64,000 bases of DNA from an uncultured Nitrososphaeraceae archaeon (GCA_963837175.1 CAWIMJ010000012.1:160001-224000), one strand, 5' to 3'; shown: positions 21,916-36,153, numbered from the stretch's first letter. Translations and numbers: made by a program. The notes: generated from the letters alone by a model not told the origin.

Positions 21916-23220
21916 ATGACTTCGATAAAAAATCCTTCTGAATGGGGTATTGAACCTGTACCTTTCCAGTATAGAGTACTCAGAGAAAGGGACTACTTTA
22001 TACTCTGGTCTAGTTTGGGAGTAGGATTATTGGTTTTCTCTGCAGGCTCATTTCTTTCAGATGCCAACTTTATCGATGCAATTCTTGCAATTGTTATAGG
22101 TTCTGTTATAGGCTCTTTTCTTCTCGCTTTAGCTGGAAAGATTGGAAGTGATTGCGCAATACCGTCACTAGTGAGTATGAGACCATCATTTGGTATTCAT
22201 GGATCTTATCTTCCTGCTATATTAAATGTAATACAGCTCATTGGCTGGACTATTTTTGAAATCATGATAATGTCAAAGGCTGCAGAGATGTTAGTTGGTA
22301 ACTTTATTCCCTTCTATGTTTGGACGATAATATTTGGGGGCTTTGTTACTCTACTTGGTATCCTCGGACCACTTACAGTAGTAAGACAGTGGCTTGGAAA
22401 ATTTGCTATATGGATAGTGTATGCATCATCTATAATAATGATTATTAGCTTGATGACATCAGAAAATGTTCCAAAACTCTTATCATCACCAGGTAATGGA
22501 ATGTCCTTCTTCTCCGCACTTGATATCGTAATAGCTATGCCAATATCTTGGATGCCACTTGCAGCGGATTATAACAGATTTGCAAAAAGTAGTAATAGTG
22601 CATTAAGAGCAACAATTATTGGTTTTGCACTAACAAATATTTTATTTTATTTTGGAGGAATATTACTTGGTGTCAACGATGTTGTTGCGATAATTGGCGC
22701 TATTCAATCAATGTTTTTTGGATTCCTTATACTAATACTTGTAGTAAATGAGACCGATAACACCTTTGCAGATGTTTATTCTGCTGCGGTCTCTACACAA
22801 AATATCTATCACAAAATAAATCAACGATATTTGATAGTTGGATTTACATCTCTTTGTACTATTCTTGCTATGATAATCCCCATCGCACAGTATCAAACTT
22901 TTATTCTTTTGATAGGTGCTGTATTTGTACCTTTATTCGGTGTAGTTCTGTCTGACTATTATATTGTAAGGAATCGTAAATACACAAAAGATATGATATA
23001 CGGAGAAGGTGCCTTAAGGATTGGATTTACAGCTATTATCGCTTGGTCTACAGGTGTATTAGTATACTATCTTTTATCGTCGCTTTCACCAATTCATATG
23101 GCACAATTACCCAACATAGGCGCTACAATTCCTAGCCTTATTGTATCATCATCATTTTATCTTGTTATGATGCGATTTAAAGGACGCAGAGAAAGAAAAA
23201 TAAGAGAGCCTGCTTCATAG
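21916..23220 (+). CDS. NCS1/purine-cytosine permease family transporter (CytX-like, putative HMP uptake)
   Basis: About 12 TM; LWSSLGVGLLV, RPSFG..GS..PA.LN..Q..GW, AMPISWMPLAADYNRF. Confidence 0.85.
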   Translation: MTSIKNPSEWGIEPVPFQYRVLRERDYFILWSSLGVGLLVFSAGSFLSDANFIDAILAIVIGSVIGSFLLALAGKIGSDCAIPSLVSMRPSFGIHGSYLPAILNVIQLIGWTIFEIMIMSKAAEMLVGNFIPFYVWTIIFGGFVTLLGILGPLTVVRQWLGKFAIWIVYASSIIMIISLMTSENVPKLLSSPGNGMSFFSALDIVIAMPISWMPLAADYNRFAKSSNSALRATIIGFALTNILFYFGGILLGVNDVVAIIGAIQSMFFGFLILILVVNETDNTFADVYSAAVSTQNIYHKINQRYLIVGFTSLCTILAMIIPIAQYQTFILLIGAVFVPLFGVVLSDYYIVRNRKYTKDMIYGEGALRIGFTAIIAWSTGVLVYYLLSSLSPIHMAQLPNIGATIPSLIVSSSFYLVMMRFKGRRERKIREPAS

Positions 23221-23457
23221 AGAATGACAGATAGAGAAACGTGATATACACAATTTTTTTATTCTCATCCATAAACAAATGATGTGATGATAATTTAAAT
23301 GCTAATAACAGATGCGTACAGGAAAGTGAACATCAACTGTTCTACGTAAATGCTGTTCTATTATGTATAAAACATCTTAGTAATAGTGGTAATTGTAGAT
23401 AGAAGTTAAATGGTAGCTTTAAAATAATTTAATTAGGATGCTTTTTTCTACTTTACA

Positions 23458-24216
23458 CTAGTGGTTGGTTTTATAATAATCAACAATGTTACAAAATTCT
23501 GACCAGGAATTGGATGTGGATACTCCCCATTGCTCATAACAAATAACATTACCTAATTCCATCCTAGGAAGCCAACCTATCTTTTCTAGGTCTGGTTTAT
23601 CTGCAAATTCTTTCACGAAACCTAGACACAAATATGCGATTGGTTTAACATGTTTAGGTATTTGCAGAATTTTTTGTAAATCTTCATTTGCAAGTATGCT
23701 AACCCAACCGACTCCTATGCCTTCGGCTCTAGCAGCAAGCCATAAGTTTTGAATTGCGCAGCATACACTATATACACCAGTTTCAGCTATAGATGTTCTT
23801 CCAATCACAAATGGACCGAATCTAGTAGAATCATAGGTAACACATATGTTTATTGACGATTCCATTATGCCCTCTAACTTCAATAATGTGTACTTTTCTT
23901 GTCTCTGAGTGTCATCGTCTAACATTGAAACTGACTTCTTATGCTCTCTTAAGAAGGATTCTTTTACTTGTTCTCTAATTGATTTATCTTTAATTAAAAT
24001 AAAGTTCCAAGGCTGTGAAAAACCTACTGATGGTGCGTGATGAGCAGCATCTAGAATTCTTAATAGAACATCATTTGGAATGACTCGGCCACTGACAAAA
24101 TGTGATCTAACATCACGCCTTGAGAAAATGGCCTTGTATATTACCTCTTTTTCGTTATTTGAAAAGGAATGATAATGAGAATCATGGTTACCCTCACTAT
24201 TAGAATCAGATATCAT
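23458..24216 (-). CDS. bluB: 5,6-dimethylbenzimidazole synthase
   Basis: RRDVR..F, APSVGFSQPW, IQNLWLAARAEGIGVGWVS. Confidence 0.9.
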   Translation of the reverse strand: MISDSNSEGNHDSHYHSFSNNEKEVIYKAIFSRRDVRSHFVSGRVIPNDVLLRILDAAHHAPSVGFSQPWNFILIKDKSIREQVKESFLREHKKSVSMLDDDTQRQEKYTLLKLEGIMESSINICVTYDSTRFGPFVIGRTSIAETGVYSVCCAIQNLWLAARAEGIGVGWVSILANEDLQKILQIPKHVKPIAYLCLGFVKEFADKPDLEKIGWLPRMELGNVICYEQWGVSTSNSWSEFCNIVDYYKTNH

Positions 24217-24909
24217 ATTTATATATCCCTACTAATAGGTAAAACCTGATATTATTATATTTATAATTATGATCAAATAAAAGATATCATCAGCAAGAAA
24301 ATTACTATTTGAACCTCTAATCTGTTTATTTTTTATAGAAATTTTGGCTTCAATAGTTCAATATAATTTATTCTTGAACAAATACATTCATTCTTTCATA
24401 TAACCTCTAACAAGCTATTTGCGAATTCTGCTGACATGCTGACGAGTGGACAGTATACTCAAATATATTTTTAGGAAATACGCATAAAGAGAACTAATTA
24501 AACTACAATAGTAGTAGCAATAATAAAAATTTACGGATATTTATTTTTAGAAGAATCGGATTGGCAATACTCTACAATCATATCTAATTCTGACTTTTCC
24601 ACGGAATAAGTCATAGCTAGAACGTTTTCTCTCCTTTCCTGTCTTTCTACCACTCCCCCACCTATCATAGGGCGTAGAAAGTTATTGTGATCTCGTTTAT
24701 CGAATTTATCATAACATTATAGCTAATCATATTCTAGTTAATATTCAAATCAAAAGAATAATAACAAAATCAAGTTTACAAACCCATTGGAATTAAGTAA
24801 TTCTGCATACTTAATTTTATATATTATTATATAAGATAAAACTGAATATAAAATCTAGAATAGAAAACACATAAAGATATATGTTAGATGATGCCGCTTT
24901 CTGGCACCA

Positions 24910-25506
24910 ATGAACAAAACGAATCAAGGATTTGAAGTGAACTTATCTGTCGTTGCCATATCAGCTATACTTGTAGCATCACTATTTGTTATGGGTAGTA
25001 GCCGATTTACGCCCGATGCGATAGCACAGACGAATGAAACAGGTGGAGCGAGCATGAATCAAACAGGTGGAGCGATGATGAATGAAACAGGAGCAAGCAT
25101 GAATCAAACAGGTGGAGCGAGCATGAATCAAACAGGTGGAGCGAGCATGAATCAAACAGGTGGAGGCGGAGCAGCTAGCCAAAGTGCTATGGTAATGGTT
25201 CCTAAAGAGGCCATGACTACGGTAATGGGCAGCTTACAACAAGCCATGACCGCAGTAGATAGCGGTAATGACGATGATGCTAAGATGGCATTGATGAGTG
25301 TACAACAGGCTTTAACAGGTCCAGCACAGCAAGCAGGTATGTCTATGGAAAGTATGATGACAAGTAGCAGCAGCGACGGTAGCAGTAGCAGCGAAGACGG
25401 CGGTAGCAGACGGAGCATAAATCACGGTGATAGCAGCGACGGTGGAGATAAATCAGGTGATAGACAGATGACAGCGAATAGCAGAAGGATAACAATTCGA
25501 ATTTAA
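24910..25506 (+). CDS. Exported Met/Gly-rich repeat protein; 3' end probably frameshifted
   Basis: Signal-like N-terminus, (NQTGGASM)n repeats, Met-rich helix, Ser/Asp/Gly tail. Confidence 0.75.
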   Translation: MNKTNQGFEVNLSVVAISAILVASLFVMGSSRFTPDAIAQTNETGGASMNQTGGAMMNETGASMNQTGGASMNQTGGASMNQTGGGGAASQSAMVMVPKEAMTTVMGSLQQAMTAVDSGNDDDAKMALMSVQQALTGPAQQAGMSMESMMTSSSSDGSSSSEDGGSRRSINHGDSSDGGDKSGDRQMTANSRRITIRI

Positions 25507-26074
25507 AATCGCTGAACTAATCTTTTCTATTTTTTATTGACAACAATTGTAAATTCGAAATAGAGTTTAATTGTTTTATGCGAGATGAAAATATAGTATA
25601 TAATCTGTCAAATCATGCGATTTTAAATCATATTTATATAAAACTATTTTTAAATTAGATAACCGTGCTATAATGGATTTTAATTATGTAGCATTGAATG
25701 CTAGAGTTACTACATACATAGACGCAAGTCTTAACTATAATATTTCGTTTCATACTGTTATTATTTATCATAGATTGTAGTTATTTTTATTTAACATGCT
25801 TTTCAATAATGTTACAAATTTTTTACAGTTAAAGATTGTAATTGATGTATTTTCATAATATCGATCAGGCAATATTGGAACCATAAATCAACTTTTTTTG
25901 ATGGGGTAGTATTTTCGATCAGACTCCATTTTTGAACTGAATTCTAACTATTTAGTTCTTCAGCTTACTTCCATTGTCTATTTAAAAAATATACAATCCT
26001 TATACATCTTATTATCAAATGGTCAACTATCTTAATACTATATAATTATTAACTATGATGGACTTGGTAAGCGG

Positions 26075-26408
26075 ATGGCAGATGGATTATTTACAGTTGT
26101 AAGCTTTATAGTAAGTGTAATTGTCTCTACTATTATAATATACTTTGTTACAAAATTATTTGGAGAAAAAGAAGGGATAAAACAGGCATTCATAGCAGCT
26201 ATTATTGGGGCAATCGTCTATACTATAGCGTATGCTCTAATTGGCACGGGCTGGATAGGCAGCAATAGTCGGTGGAATTGTTTGGCTATTAGCATTGAGA
26301 GCGTTGTATAGCATTGGTTGGCTTAAAGCATTGGTTATTGCAGTCATTGTATGGATAGCAGCTACGATTGTTGGTATTTTATTGCCTACTGCGCCAGGGC
26401 CATTATGA
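26075..26408 (+). CDS. 4-TM membrane protein with a +1 frameshift at 26258
   Basis: Removing one G (ATA-G-GCA-GCA) joins ...GTGWI to AAIVGGIVWLLALRALYSIGWLKALVIAVIVW...PGPL*. Confidence 0.8.
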
Positions 26409-26499
26409 GACTAAATAAACATTAAATAAACAATAAACAGGTCTGGAAGTATTTTTATTTTAGTTTATCAGTTGACTAAATATGTGAGTAGTTGTTTTC

Positions 26500-26675
26500 T
26501 AATACTATTTGCTTCAACACTCTCTTCTCATATAGTATTGGGTCATTATTCATACAACTATAAGTCTGCGGATTATTGGGTTAAGATAGTAGAATCTATA
26601 GATCAGGAATCCATAGATAGCTCACAAATAAAAGCTGTCAAGGGAAACCATGACATTAATCTCCTGATATACTAA
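26500..26675 (+). pseudogene. Metallophosphoesterase remnant
   Basis: VLGHYSYNYKSADYWVKIVESID..IKAVKGNHD, matching degenerate GDxSY and GNHD motifs; truncated. Confidence 0.45.
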
Positions 26676-26794
26676 ACCAATATTACTTCTTTTATAGGCC
26701 AAAGAAACGTTCTGAAGAAGTATAAGGTATCGACGAAATACGAAGATTTTATTGGTAACTGCTAACGTAACTTGTAACTGCAGCTGAAGAAGAA

Positions 26795-27025
26795 ATGAAA
26801 AGGGAAGGGAGAGTAAAAAAAGAAATGTACAGATTATTTGTGATAGGCAAAAAATCACTTCTAGAAATTAGAAAGACAGAATCAAGAGCATCCAAAAGGT
26901 ACTGGGAAAGAGTTGGAGAGATTTTTGAGGATCGAGAAGAGATTATAAAAGAACCAACCAAAACTATTATCATGATCGGTTTAAGAGATTTTGTAAAATC
27001 TTTTGACTATAATATCATAGAATAA
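26795..27025 (+). CDS. Hypothetical protein or gene fragment
   Basis: 76-aa charged ORF with no recognisable motif. Confidence 0.35.
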   Translation: MKREGRVKKEMYRLFVIGKKSLLEIRKTESRASKRYWERVGEIFEDREEIIKEPTKTIIMIGLRDFVKSFDYNIIE

Positions 27026-27208
27026 GTTAGTCCACACAGAGTAGCGCTTGACATTTCGACTATCTATGGATATCCATCAATGAAGTATTCCATAATAATT
27101 TTCAATTCGAATCTGCATAATTAAAACCATCTATCATGTAAACTATTAGGACTCGTACGAGAAGTGGAAAATATCAAAAAGGGAAATTTTAACTACATAT
27201 TAGACCAT

Positions 27209-27556
27209 TCAATAATTGACTTTGAATTCACGAAACTCTCCAGTATACTTTTCATAGATTATGTCAACATCATCCACTGCAGCCTTAGGAGGGCCCGCAT
27301 AACACCACTCTATCACCTGATGTACGTCCATTTCATTTCCCTCAAATACTGCCTCAACTCGTCCATCTTTTAAGTTGTGTACCCAGCCCATCACACCGTA
27401 TCTTGTAGCCACAATTCTTGTATTTTGTCTAAAATAAACACCCTGTACTTTACCTCGAATAAACACATGTGCTCTAATTTTCTTATTGTTATTGTTTTTT
27501 GATCTTTTATCCGCCGGAAATTGGTATGATGTAGACACTGCAATCAACAATTTCAA
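27209..27556 (-). CDS. acyP: Acylphosphatase
   Basis: GKVQGVYFR, GWVHNLKDGRVE, GPPKA motifs. Confidence 0.93.
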   Translation of the reverse strand: MKLLIAVSTSYQFPADKRSKNNNNKKIRAHVFIRGKVQGVYFRQNTRIVATRYGVMGWVHNLKDGRVEAVFEGNEMDVHQVIEWCYAGPPKAAVDDVDIIYEKYTGEFREFKVNY

Positions 27557-27598
27557 TACTAAAAATTATATATAAAATTCGCCATAAATAAGAAGGTG

Positions 27599-28948
27599 TT
27601 AGACTAGATCTCCACCTTCTTCCATAAACAATTGTTCATAAGATGTCCCTCTTCGTACAAGTTTATAGTCTCCATCGGTAGTTTTCATTATGATCGGAGG
27701 TTTTGTTTGACAGTGAAACGGCATATTGAAGACTGTTGAGTATGCTCCAACATTATAAAATGATATATATCTTCCAATAGCCGCGTCACTTAGACTTGAT
27801 GCGTTGGAAAGTGGAAATACATCATATGTATCACACAGCCGGCCTGCAAGATGGATGTTCTTTGGAGTTATTGGATTTGTCGTTTGCTCTTTACCGTCAA
27901 GTACTGGAATTACCTCCTGTGGATATTCTTGTTTCAATAGAGCAGCATCTAATAATAAATGATAACCTGCATCTACTATAACAATCCTGTGTTCATTGTA
28001 TTCTTTTGTATTTACTATCCTAGAAACTAATATTGATGATTCGGCTACTAGAAATCTACCGCTCTCAACAATAAGTGTGAATTTTCCATGATTTTCTGCA
28101 AGTCGATTAAGGTTAGCGAAATAATTTTCAGCCATTTGGGAAGGAGTAGGCACAGGCTCATGATAGAAAACTGGTGTCCCCCCACCAATATCAAAGGTAT
28201 TAATCTGAAAGTTACGATACTCCTTCTTTAGCTTCGCTATAAATGCGTCCATTTTGTCAAATGCATGTGTGTAGCAAGAGAAATCTGTAATCTGCGATCC
28301 AAGATGAAAATGGAAGCCTTCGAATTTTAGTAAATCATTATTTATCAAATTCTTTACCATTTTGGTTGCGCTATCAATTGTTCCTCCGTTTAAGGGAACA
28401 CCAAACTTGCCGTTTCTATACGATGCACGAACCTCTGCTTTAACTCCCACCTCAGGATTCACACGGATCATCGTTAGAGGTTTGATATTCATTTTATTAG
28501 CCGCTTTGGCCAAATTTGTTATCCCATTAAATGAACTAACAACAATTCTTCTTACGCCGGTTTGAAGTACTTCCGAATATTCTTGTAATTCTTCAGTCAC
28601 ACTTGTATAGATAATGTTTTCAGGATCCCCTTTACACTCCTTTAAAAAACGAAGTTCCCCAATTGATGTCAAATCAAAAGTTATTCCGTCATTAATGAAT
28701 GTGCGTAGAATTGCTGGGCTGAAGTTTGCCTTGATTGAGTATGCAACTTTTACAGGTCCATTGAATTTTGAGTATGCATTGTATAGCTCCCTAGCTTTTG
28801 AGTGCAATGTATCTTCATCGACTAGGTAAAGCGGCGTTCCATATAGTGCGACTAATTTGCCGATGTCACTTGGTTTTGCAAAACGGTTTAACGCTGGTGT
28901 CGTCAGATTTAGATTTTTCACCAGTTGGATTTGAGAATTTTTCATCAA
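27599..28948 (-). CDS. lysA: Fold-type III PLP decarboxylase (diaminopimelate decarboxylase-like)
   Basis: YSIKAN (PLP Lys), KFG, HFHLGSQI, DIGGG, ESGR, GRLCD, GAYS. Confidence 0.75.
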   Translation of the reverse strand: MMKNSQIQLVKNLNLTTPALNRFAKPSDIGKLVALYGTPLYLVDEDTLHSKARELYNAYSKFNGPVKVAYSIKANFSPAILRTFINDGITFDLTSIGELRFLKECKGDPENIIYTSVTEELQEYSEVLQTGVRRIVVSSFNGITNLAKAANKMNIKPLTMIRVNPEVGVKAEVRASYRNGKFGVPLNGGTIDSATKMVKNLINNDLLKFEGFHFHLGSQITDFSCYTHAFDKMDAFIAKLKKEYRNFQINTFDIGGGTPVFYHEPVPTPSQMAENYFANLNRLAENHGKFTLIVESGRFLVAESSILVSRIVNTKEYNEHRIVIVDAGYHLLLDAALLKQEYPQEVIPVLDGKEQTTNPITPKNIHLAGRLCDTYDVFPLSNASSLSDAAIGRYISFYNVGAYSTVFNMPFHCQTKPPIIMKTTDGDYKLVRRGTSYEQLFMEEGGDLV

Positions 28949-29376
28949 TTTTTTTTATGTGTTTTTATTTGTAAAACACATAACTTAAAAACATTGCCCA
29001 ATTAATTTTTGATTGCGATAGAAATTTGTCAAAATATTTTAACTGATTTTATAAGAATATTTTAAAGATAGCTGCCTTTGTTGATCTAATTAAAGTAGAA
29101 AAAATTAAATTTATTATGAAAAAATTATTTGATGTAATTAATTCGATACACCTAACTCATACGACTGTGAATGTTATAAATTAGTACTTCATATGTCTGG
29201 ATGGAGGGACCGTATCATATTTTTTATTATATTATTGCTTAATCATTAATCTACCATTGTTGAGTGTCAAACATTGATAGTCAAGATAGTATTGTCCATT
29301 ATTTTATCATTATTCCACTAGCAATTTCTACATTAAATTTAATATCTTTAGTTTTATAAGAAGAACATGAGTAAAT

Positions 29377-30339
29377 GGCTCTAGAAATCAGACTAATTCA
29401 AGCCGTCAAAGCTTTCTAGAATCATAATAGACTATATGAATATTGAAAGAATCAAGATATGTTAGACTGGCAAATATTACATCTATCGTGTTTTAAGAAA
29501 TTCAAGGACACTACTATTTCTTCATAGGAAGAGCAACCCTGTCTTTACCCTATGGCAGCAGTTAGTATTACTCACAATAAGACAGTATGAAGATAATAGA
29601 TATCCAATGTTTGTTGAGTGTCTGGTTGAAGCCCACTACCTTAGGATGTTCCTACAGTTGTCACATATACCTCATTTTGCAACATCGCAAAAGAGCTCAG
29701 ACAGAGTCAATAATATATATTGCTGAAAGATAATATCTTCATTCATCATACTTACAGGTATAAGACACATATTCGCAGGAATAAATTCAACTGGATTCAA
29801 GGTTACACATGCATTTCAATACTATACCGAGAGATATAAACTGAGAAGGAAAATATGCTAAATTATCAATACGAGATCACATACTCCAACAGATAATAAT
29901 ATGTAACATAAGGATAAGGAGAGCTCCAACAAGACACGATAACATTGATTTCAGATCCCTGATAACCAGGACATCCGAAATAATGCCCATTACCATAGTT
30001 GTGGCTGACTAGGGTTATGACAGTAAAGATAACCATATTTTGGTAAGCGAGATTTACATGCGTTCAGTATTATACCTACACAATACGAGGATGTTCCAAT
30101 ATGGAGAACATATAGAAGACATGGAAAAACAGATGAAGCGTGGTTATTCCAAACCACTATATATCATCGACTCAACAAAAAGACGAAACTATAGTATCTG
30201 TGATAAAGAGGCTTTTTTGAGAACATATCAGTTCAAGGCATGTAAGAACACAAAACAGGGAATTATTCTTTAGATGTATCGCTTAGAATTTGCATAGACT
30301 AATAATCTTCTTGTTATTGTAACCATGGTTTTTAGAGCC
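29377..30339 (+). mobile_element. Defective IS5-family (ISH1-like) insertion sequence
   Basis: Imperfect TIRs GGCTCTAGAAATC / GGTTTTTAGAGCC; perfect 8-bp TSD GAGTAAAT (29369-29376, 30340-30347); broken transposase (FLHRKSN.VFT.WQ, GINSTGFKVTHA, VAD*GYDS). Confidence 0.9.
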
Positions 30340-30399
30340 GAGTAAATGAATCTTTTCCTTTGACTTAAATTAAATGAAGGAATGGCACTTTTATTTTAT

Positions 30400-32644
<2,245 letters not shown>

Positions 32645-32773
32645 TCATTAATCTTTGTGTAGGTTAATAATGTTTTAATAATCAATTATTTAAGACAGTA
32701 ATTATTGTTCGTTATCAGTTTTAAAATAACATAAACTTAAAATCACCTATTTGCGCGTATCTTTTGAGTAAGT

Positions 32774-33505
32774 TTGGGCAAGCGAACGTTAGTACGTAGA
32801 AGAGGTCGAGGAGGCAAGCAATTTAGAGCAATTATCGTTGGAAAGATTGCACCAGCTAAATATCCTAATTTTAAGTTAGGTGAACATCACTCTGGTACAG
32901 TTGTGGATATTGTACATGAACGTGGAAGAGATGCTCCTCTGGCGAGGATTCACTTTGATGACAACACCTATTCCTATGTTCCAGCTCCTGATGGTATAAC
33001 TGTTGGAAGTAAAATTGAAGTCGGTATCGGTGCAACTGCAACTGCAAGAAATATTTTGTCTTTAGAATCGATACCTGACGGTACTTTAATTTGCAATATT
33101 GAAAAGAACGCTGGTGATGGTGGTAAGTTGATTAAATCGGCAGGCTCTTCTGCTCTTGTTTTTGCTCATGGCACTGAAGGTGTAACGTTAAAGTTTCCTT
33201 CTGGCAAGTTTCTTACAGTTAATCCAAAATGTCGAGCAATGATTGGAATAATTGCAGGTGCAGGTAGGAAAGAAAAACCATTTCTGAAGGCAGGCAATAG
33301 AGCAAAGTATATGCAAGCTCATGGAAGATTATATCCTACAGTTAGAGGGATTGCACAAGCTGCGGTCTATCATCCACATGGTGGTGGAAGACATCAGCAT
33401 ATTGGCCGGCAATCGTCAGTTGGCAGAACTACACCACCAGGACGTAAAGTTGGAAATATATCACCAAGAAAGACAGGCCGCGGCAGAATAAAAGAGCGAA
33501 AATAA
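32774..33505 (+). CDS. rpl2: 50S ribosomal protein L2 (uL2)
   Basis: MGKR..RRRGRG, HERGRDAPLA, PTVRGIA, HPHGGG, PPGRKVG. Confidence 0.97.
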   Translation: MGKRTLVRRRGRGGKQFRAIIVGKIAPAKYPNFKLGEHHSGTVVDIVHERGRDAPLARIHFDDNTYSYVPAPDGITVGSKIEVGIGATATARNILSLESIPDGTLICNIEKNAGDGGKLIKSAGSSALVFAHGTEGVTLKFPSGKFLTVNPKCRAMIGIIAGAGRKEKPFLKAGNRAKYMQAHGRLYPTVRGIAQAAVYHPHGGGRHQHIGRQSSVGRTTPPGRKVGNISPRKTGRGRIKERK

Positions 33506-33834
33506 TATGTCACATTTTATTTCTTTACGAAGATCAAAACCTTTTTTATTTTAATTCCCTCTTGGCTATCCATATTAACAGAAATGTTATTCTAATTGAT
33601 TATATTATACGACTATATTAAATATTTAATATATTTTCTTTTATAGCGCATATATTCAAATCTATTAAATCGAATTAGTTATGAAGAATATAGAGAACCT
33701 GTGGCAATAGACTCTATATATAAAAGCAAGCGACACTATCTAGACATTAAACATATAGGCCCTTTAGCATAAAATTATATTCTCAGAGGTTTCTATCACT
33801 GACCACTATAGCTATTGGTAGTATAATTAGTAAA

Positions 33835-34500
33835 ATGGAAAAAGTGCTTTATCATAAAAAAATGCCAAGACTTGGTGCTCTCACAGAATTGCAAATTGAA
33901 GAAGGAGGCGATGCATTTAAAATTCTTATAGGAACCATTTTGTCAGCCCGTACTAGAGATGAAAATACCAAAAGAGTTATCAACAACTTATTTATTAGGT
34001 TCAAAAATGCTAAGGAACTGGCAGAGGCAGACATAGAAGAAATTAAAGCAATAATCCATAGCAGTGGTTTTTACAATGTCAAAGCTAAGAGGATCAAAGA
34101 AATTTCACAATTAATAATTGAAAGATTTAACGGAAAAGTTCCCGATGATTTAGAAAGACTACTAGCTCTGCCAGGTGTAGGAATAAAGACGGCAAATTGT
34201 GTTTTAGTATATGCTTTTAATAAGCCTGCAATTCCAGTTGATATTCACGTTCACAGAATATCAAACAGGATAGGTATTGTTAATACTCGAACCCCAGAAA
34301 ATACTGAAATTGAGCTAAGCCGTATTATTGATAAAAAATATTGGCTCAAAGTAAACTCGACTTTTGTAATGTACGGTCAAAACGTCTGTCTCCCGATAAA
34401 ACCAAATTGCAAAGTATGTAAATTAAAAAGTGTTTGTAAATTTTATCATAATATTACTGATGCTGCGTCTGTTCTTCCGAAGAAGTCTTCCTTTTCTTAA
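33835..34500 (+). CDS. nth: Endonuclease III
   Basis: LSARTRD, HhH LPGVGIKTA, PVDIHVHR, C-x6-C-x2-C-x5-C FeS motif. Confidence 0.95.
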   Translation: MEKVLYHKKMPRLGALTELQIEEGGDAFKILIGTILSARTRDENTKRVINNLFIRFKNAKELAEADIEEIKAIIHSSGFYNVKAKRIKEISQLIIERFNGKVPDDLERLLALPGVGIKTANCVLVYAFNKPAIPVDIHVHRISNRIGIVNTRTPENTEIELSRIIDKKYWLKVNSTFVMYGQNVCLPIKPNCKVCKLKSVCKFYHNITDAASVLPKKSSFS

Positions 34501-35209
34501 ATACTAGCAAACAAGCGACAAGCCCACCAATACCTACCATCGTTGCAAGTGGAAAATAATAAAGAGGAGAATCGGCAGGACTTCCGTAAATCACGTTAAA
34601 CGATATATTTCCTCTATAGGTGTTAACAGTAGAATCTGGATCATCTTTACCGTACACTGCAATTGAAGCAAGGGTAAAATCGTTGATGGATAATCTATCA
34701 ACAATAATCCTTTTGCCATTGGTAATAGTAAGTCCCTGATTATTTGCGTGTGCTACGATTAATGGCTCATCTCTAGACCATCCATCATTATCTTGTTCAT
34801 AGATTCTTATATATCCAGACTCTCGTGTATTTACTGCAACCCAGAATTTCTTAGAAGCATCTCCAAACATTGCAATTTCAATGAACTTGTCACTTTGTGT
34901 GGGTTCCTGCAATTTCACAATGGTCTTCGCATTCGGCGTTTCGCTATATGACATATTATTTTGTATTGTCAAAATCCAGTTTGTAACTTTAGGCACGTCA
35001 TAAGTATAAACAAATGGATGCTTCCTATCACTATTTGATGACGAAGAAGGAAAAACAAATTGTTCGCTATTTTTTGTCTTGATTACATTATATTCGCCTT
35101 GAGTATGATTCAGTAATTGTTGTTGGCTTTGACCAACGGTTAGTTCAGACGTAAGCATCATGGCCACTATCAAAAATGACATAATTGCTGCATATGACAT
35201 AGAATTCAT
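34454..35209 (-). CDS. Exported beta-rich protein with C-terminal TM anchor
   Basis: Signal peptide; C-terminal TM followed by KKRK. Confidence 0.75.
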   Translation of the reverse strand: MNSMSYAAIMSFLIVAMMLTSELTVGQSQQQLLNHTQGEYNVIKTKNSEQFVFPSSSSNSDRKHPFVYTYDVPKVTNWILTIQNNMSYSETPNAKTIVKLQEPTQSDKFIEIAMFGDASKKFWVAVNTRESGYIRIYEQDNDGWSRDEPLIVAHANNQGLTITNGKRIIVDRLSINDFTLASIAVYGKDDPDSTVNTYRGNISFNVIYGSPADSPLYYFPLATMVGIGGLVACLLVFKKRKTSSEEQTQHQ

Positions 35210-36153
35210 GATATAGTAATATTAATTAATCCTTACTCTATCTCGTTCAGTCGTTAATAATCATTGTATTAAGTCAATATATTGTATTATTCTGTAAACT
35301 ATTGCTTACGATTGTTTTAAAATATATGATATGTGAACATAGTAATTAATTTTACAGATGATTATAACAATGGATTTGTTTATGAAAAAGATAAAAGATG
35401 TTTTTGTTCTTTATTATCAAATAATAATTGCTCCAGTATATGTAATTGTATAAACTTTTTTTATTTCGTAATGCGTTTTCTAAAATTAACAAGATATTAA
35501 GAATAAATCCAGATAACAAGAACAAACTGAATCAAGCTTTTAGATTGATTATAGATATTAATATATTCCAAATGCATTAAGCATATGAAATTAAATTTGA
35601 TTCACGAACTTAATATCAGTTCGGGCTCGGAGGTGTAGGAAACAAATTTGACATGATAAATAGGCCCAAAATGTGCTGTTAATTCTTGCCGGCTGTTGAT
35701 TGTCGCATTAGAATGTTTCTATATCTGTCCACAGGCTATCAGTATAAGCTCTATTATGAGACTTATGCATTTCTCTCTTCTTCTGTATGATTCTATTATG
35801 TAGTATCTCTGTTTTTAATGGTAGTGTTGATGATGATTCGTTCGAGTTCATTAAAGTGCCGTCATATGTCATGCAAAATAATAAGATTTGAAGCACCAAA
35901 GAGACAGCAAGAGAGAGGAAGACAGCAAGGATGCTGTAAATTTAATTTTGACTATAAATCTACTTCATATTGAATAGAAAAGTCGACTACAAAAGCTATA
36001 TCTTTTGTTTTAAAGAAACTAGATACATGCTAAAGACAATTGTTAACGCCTTAGGTAAGCAAATAAACATACAACATCGTGTATGTACGAAATATGTTGC
36101 CGTAAGTTTTCATTACTTAGACGGGGTTGAAACTACATAGTGGAGTGAGTTAG

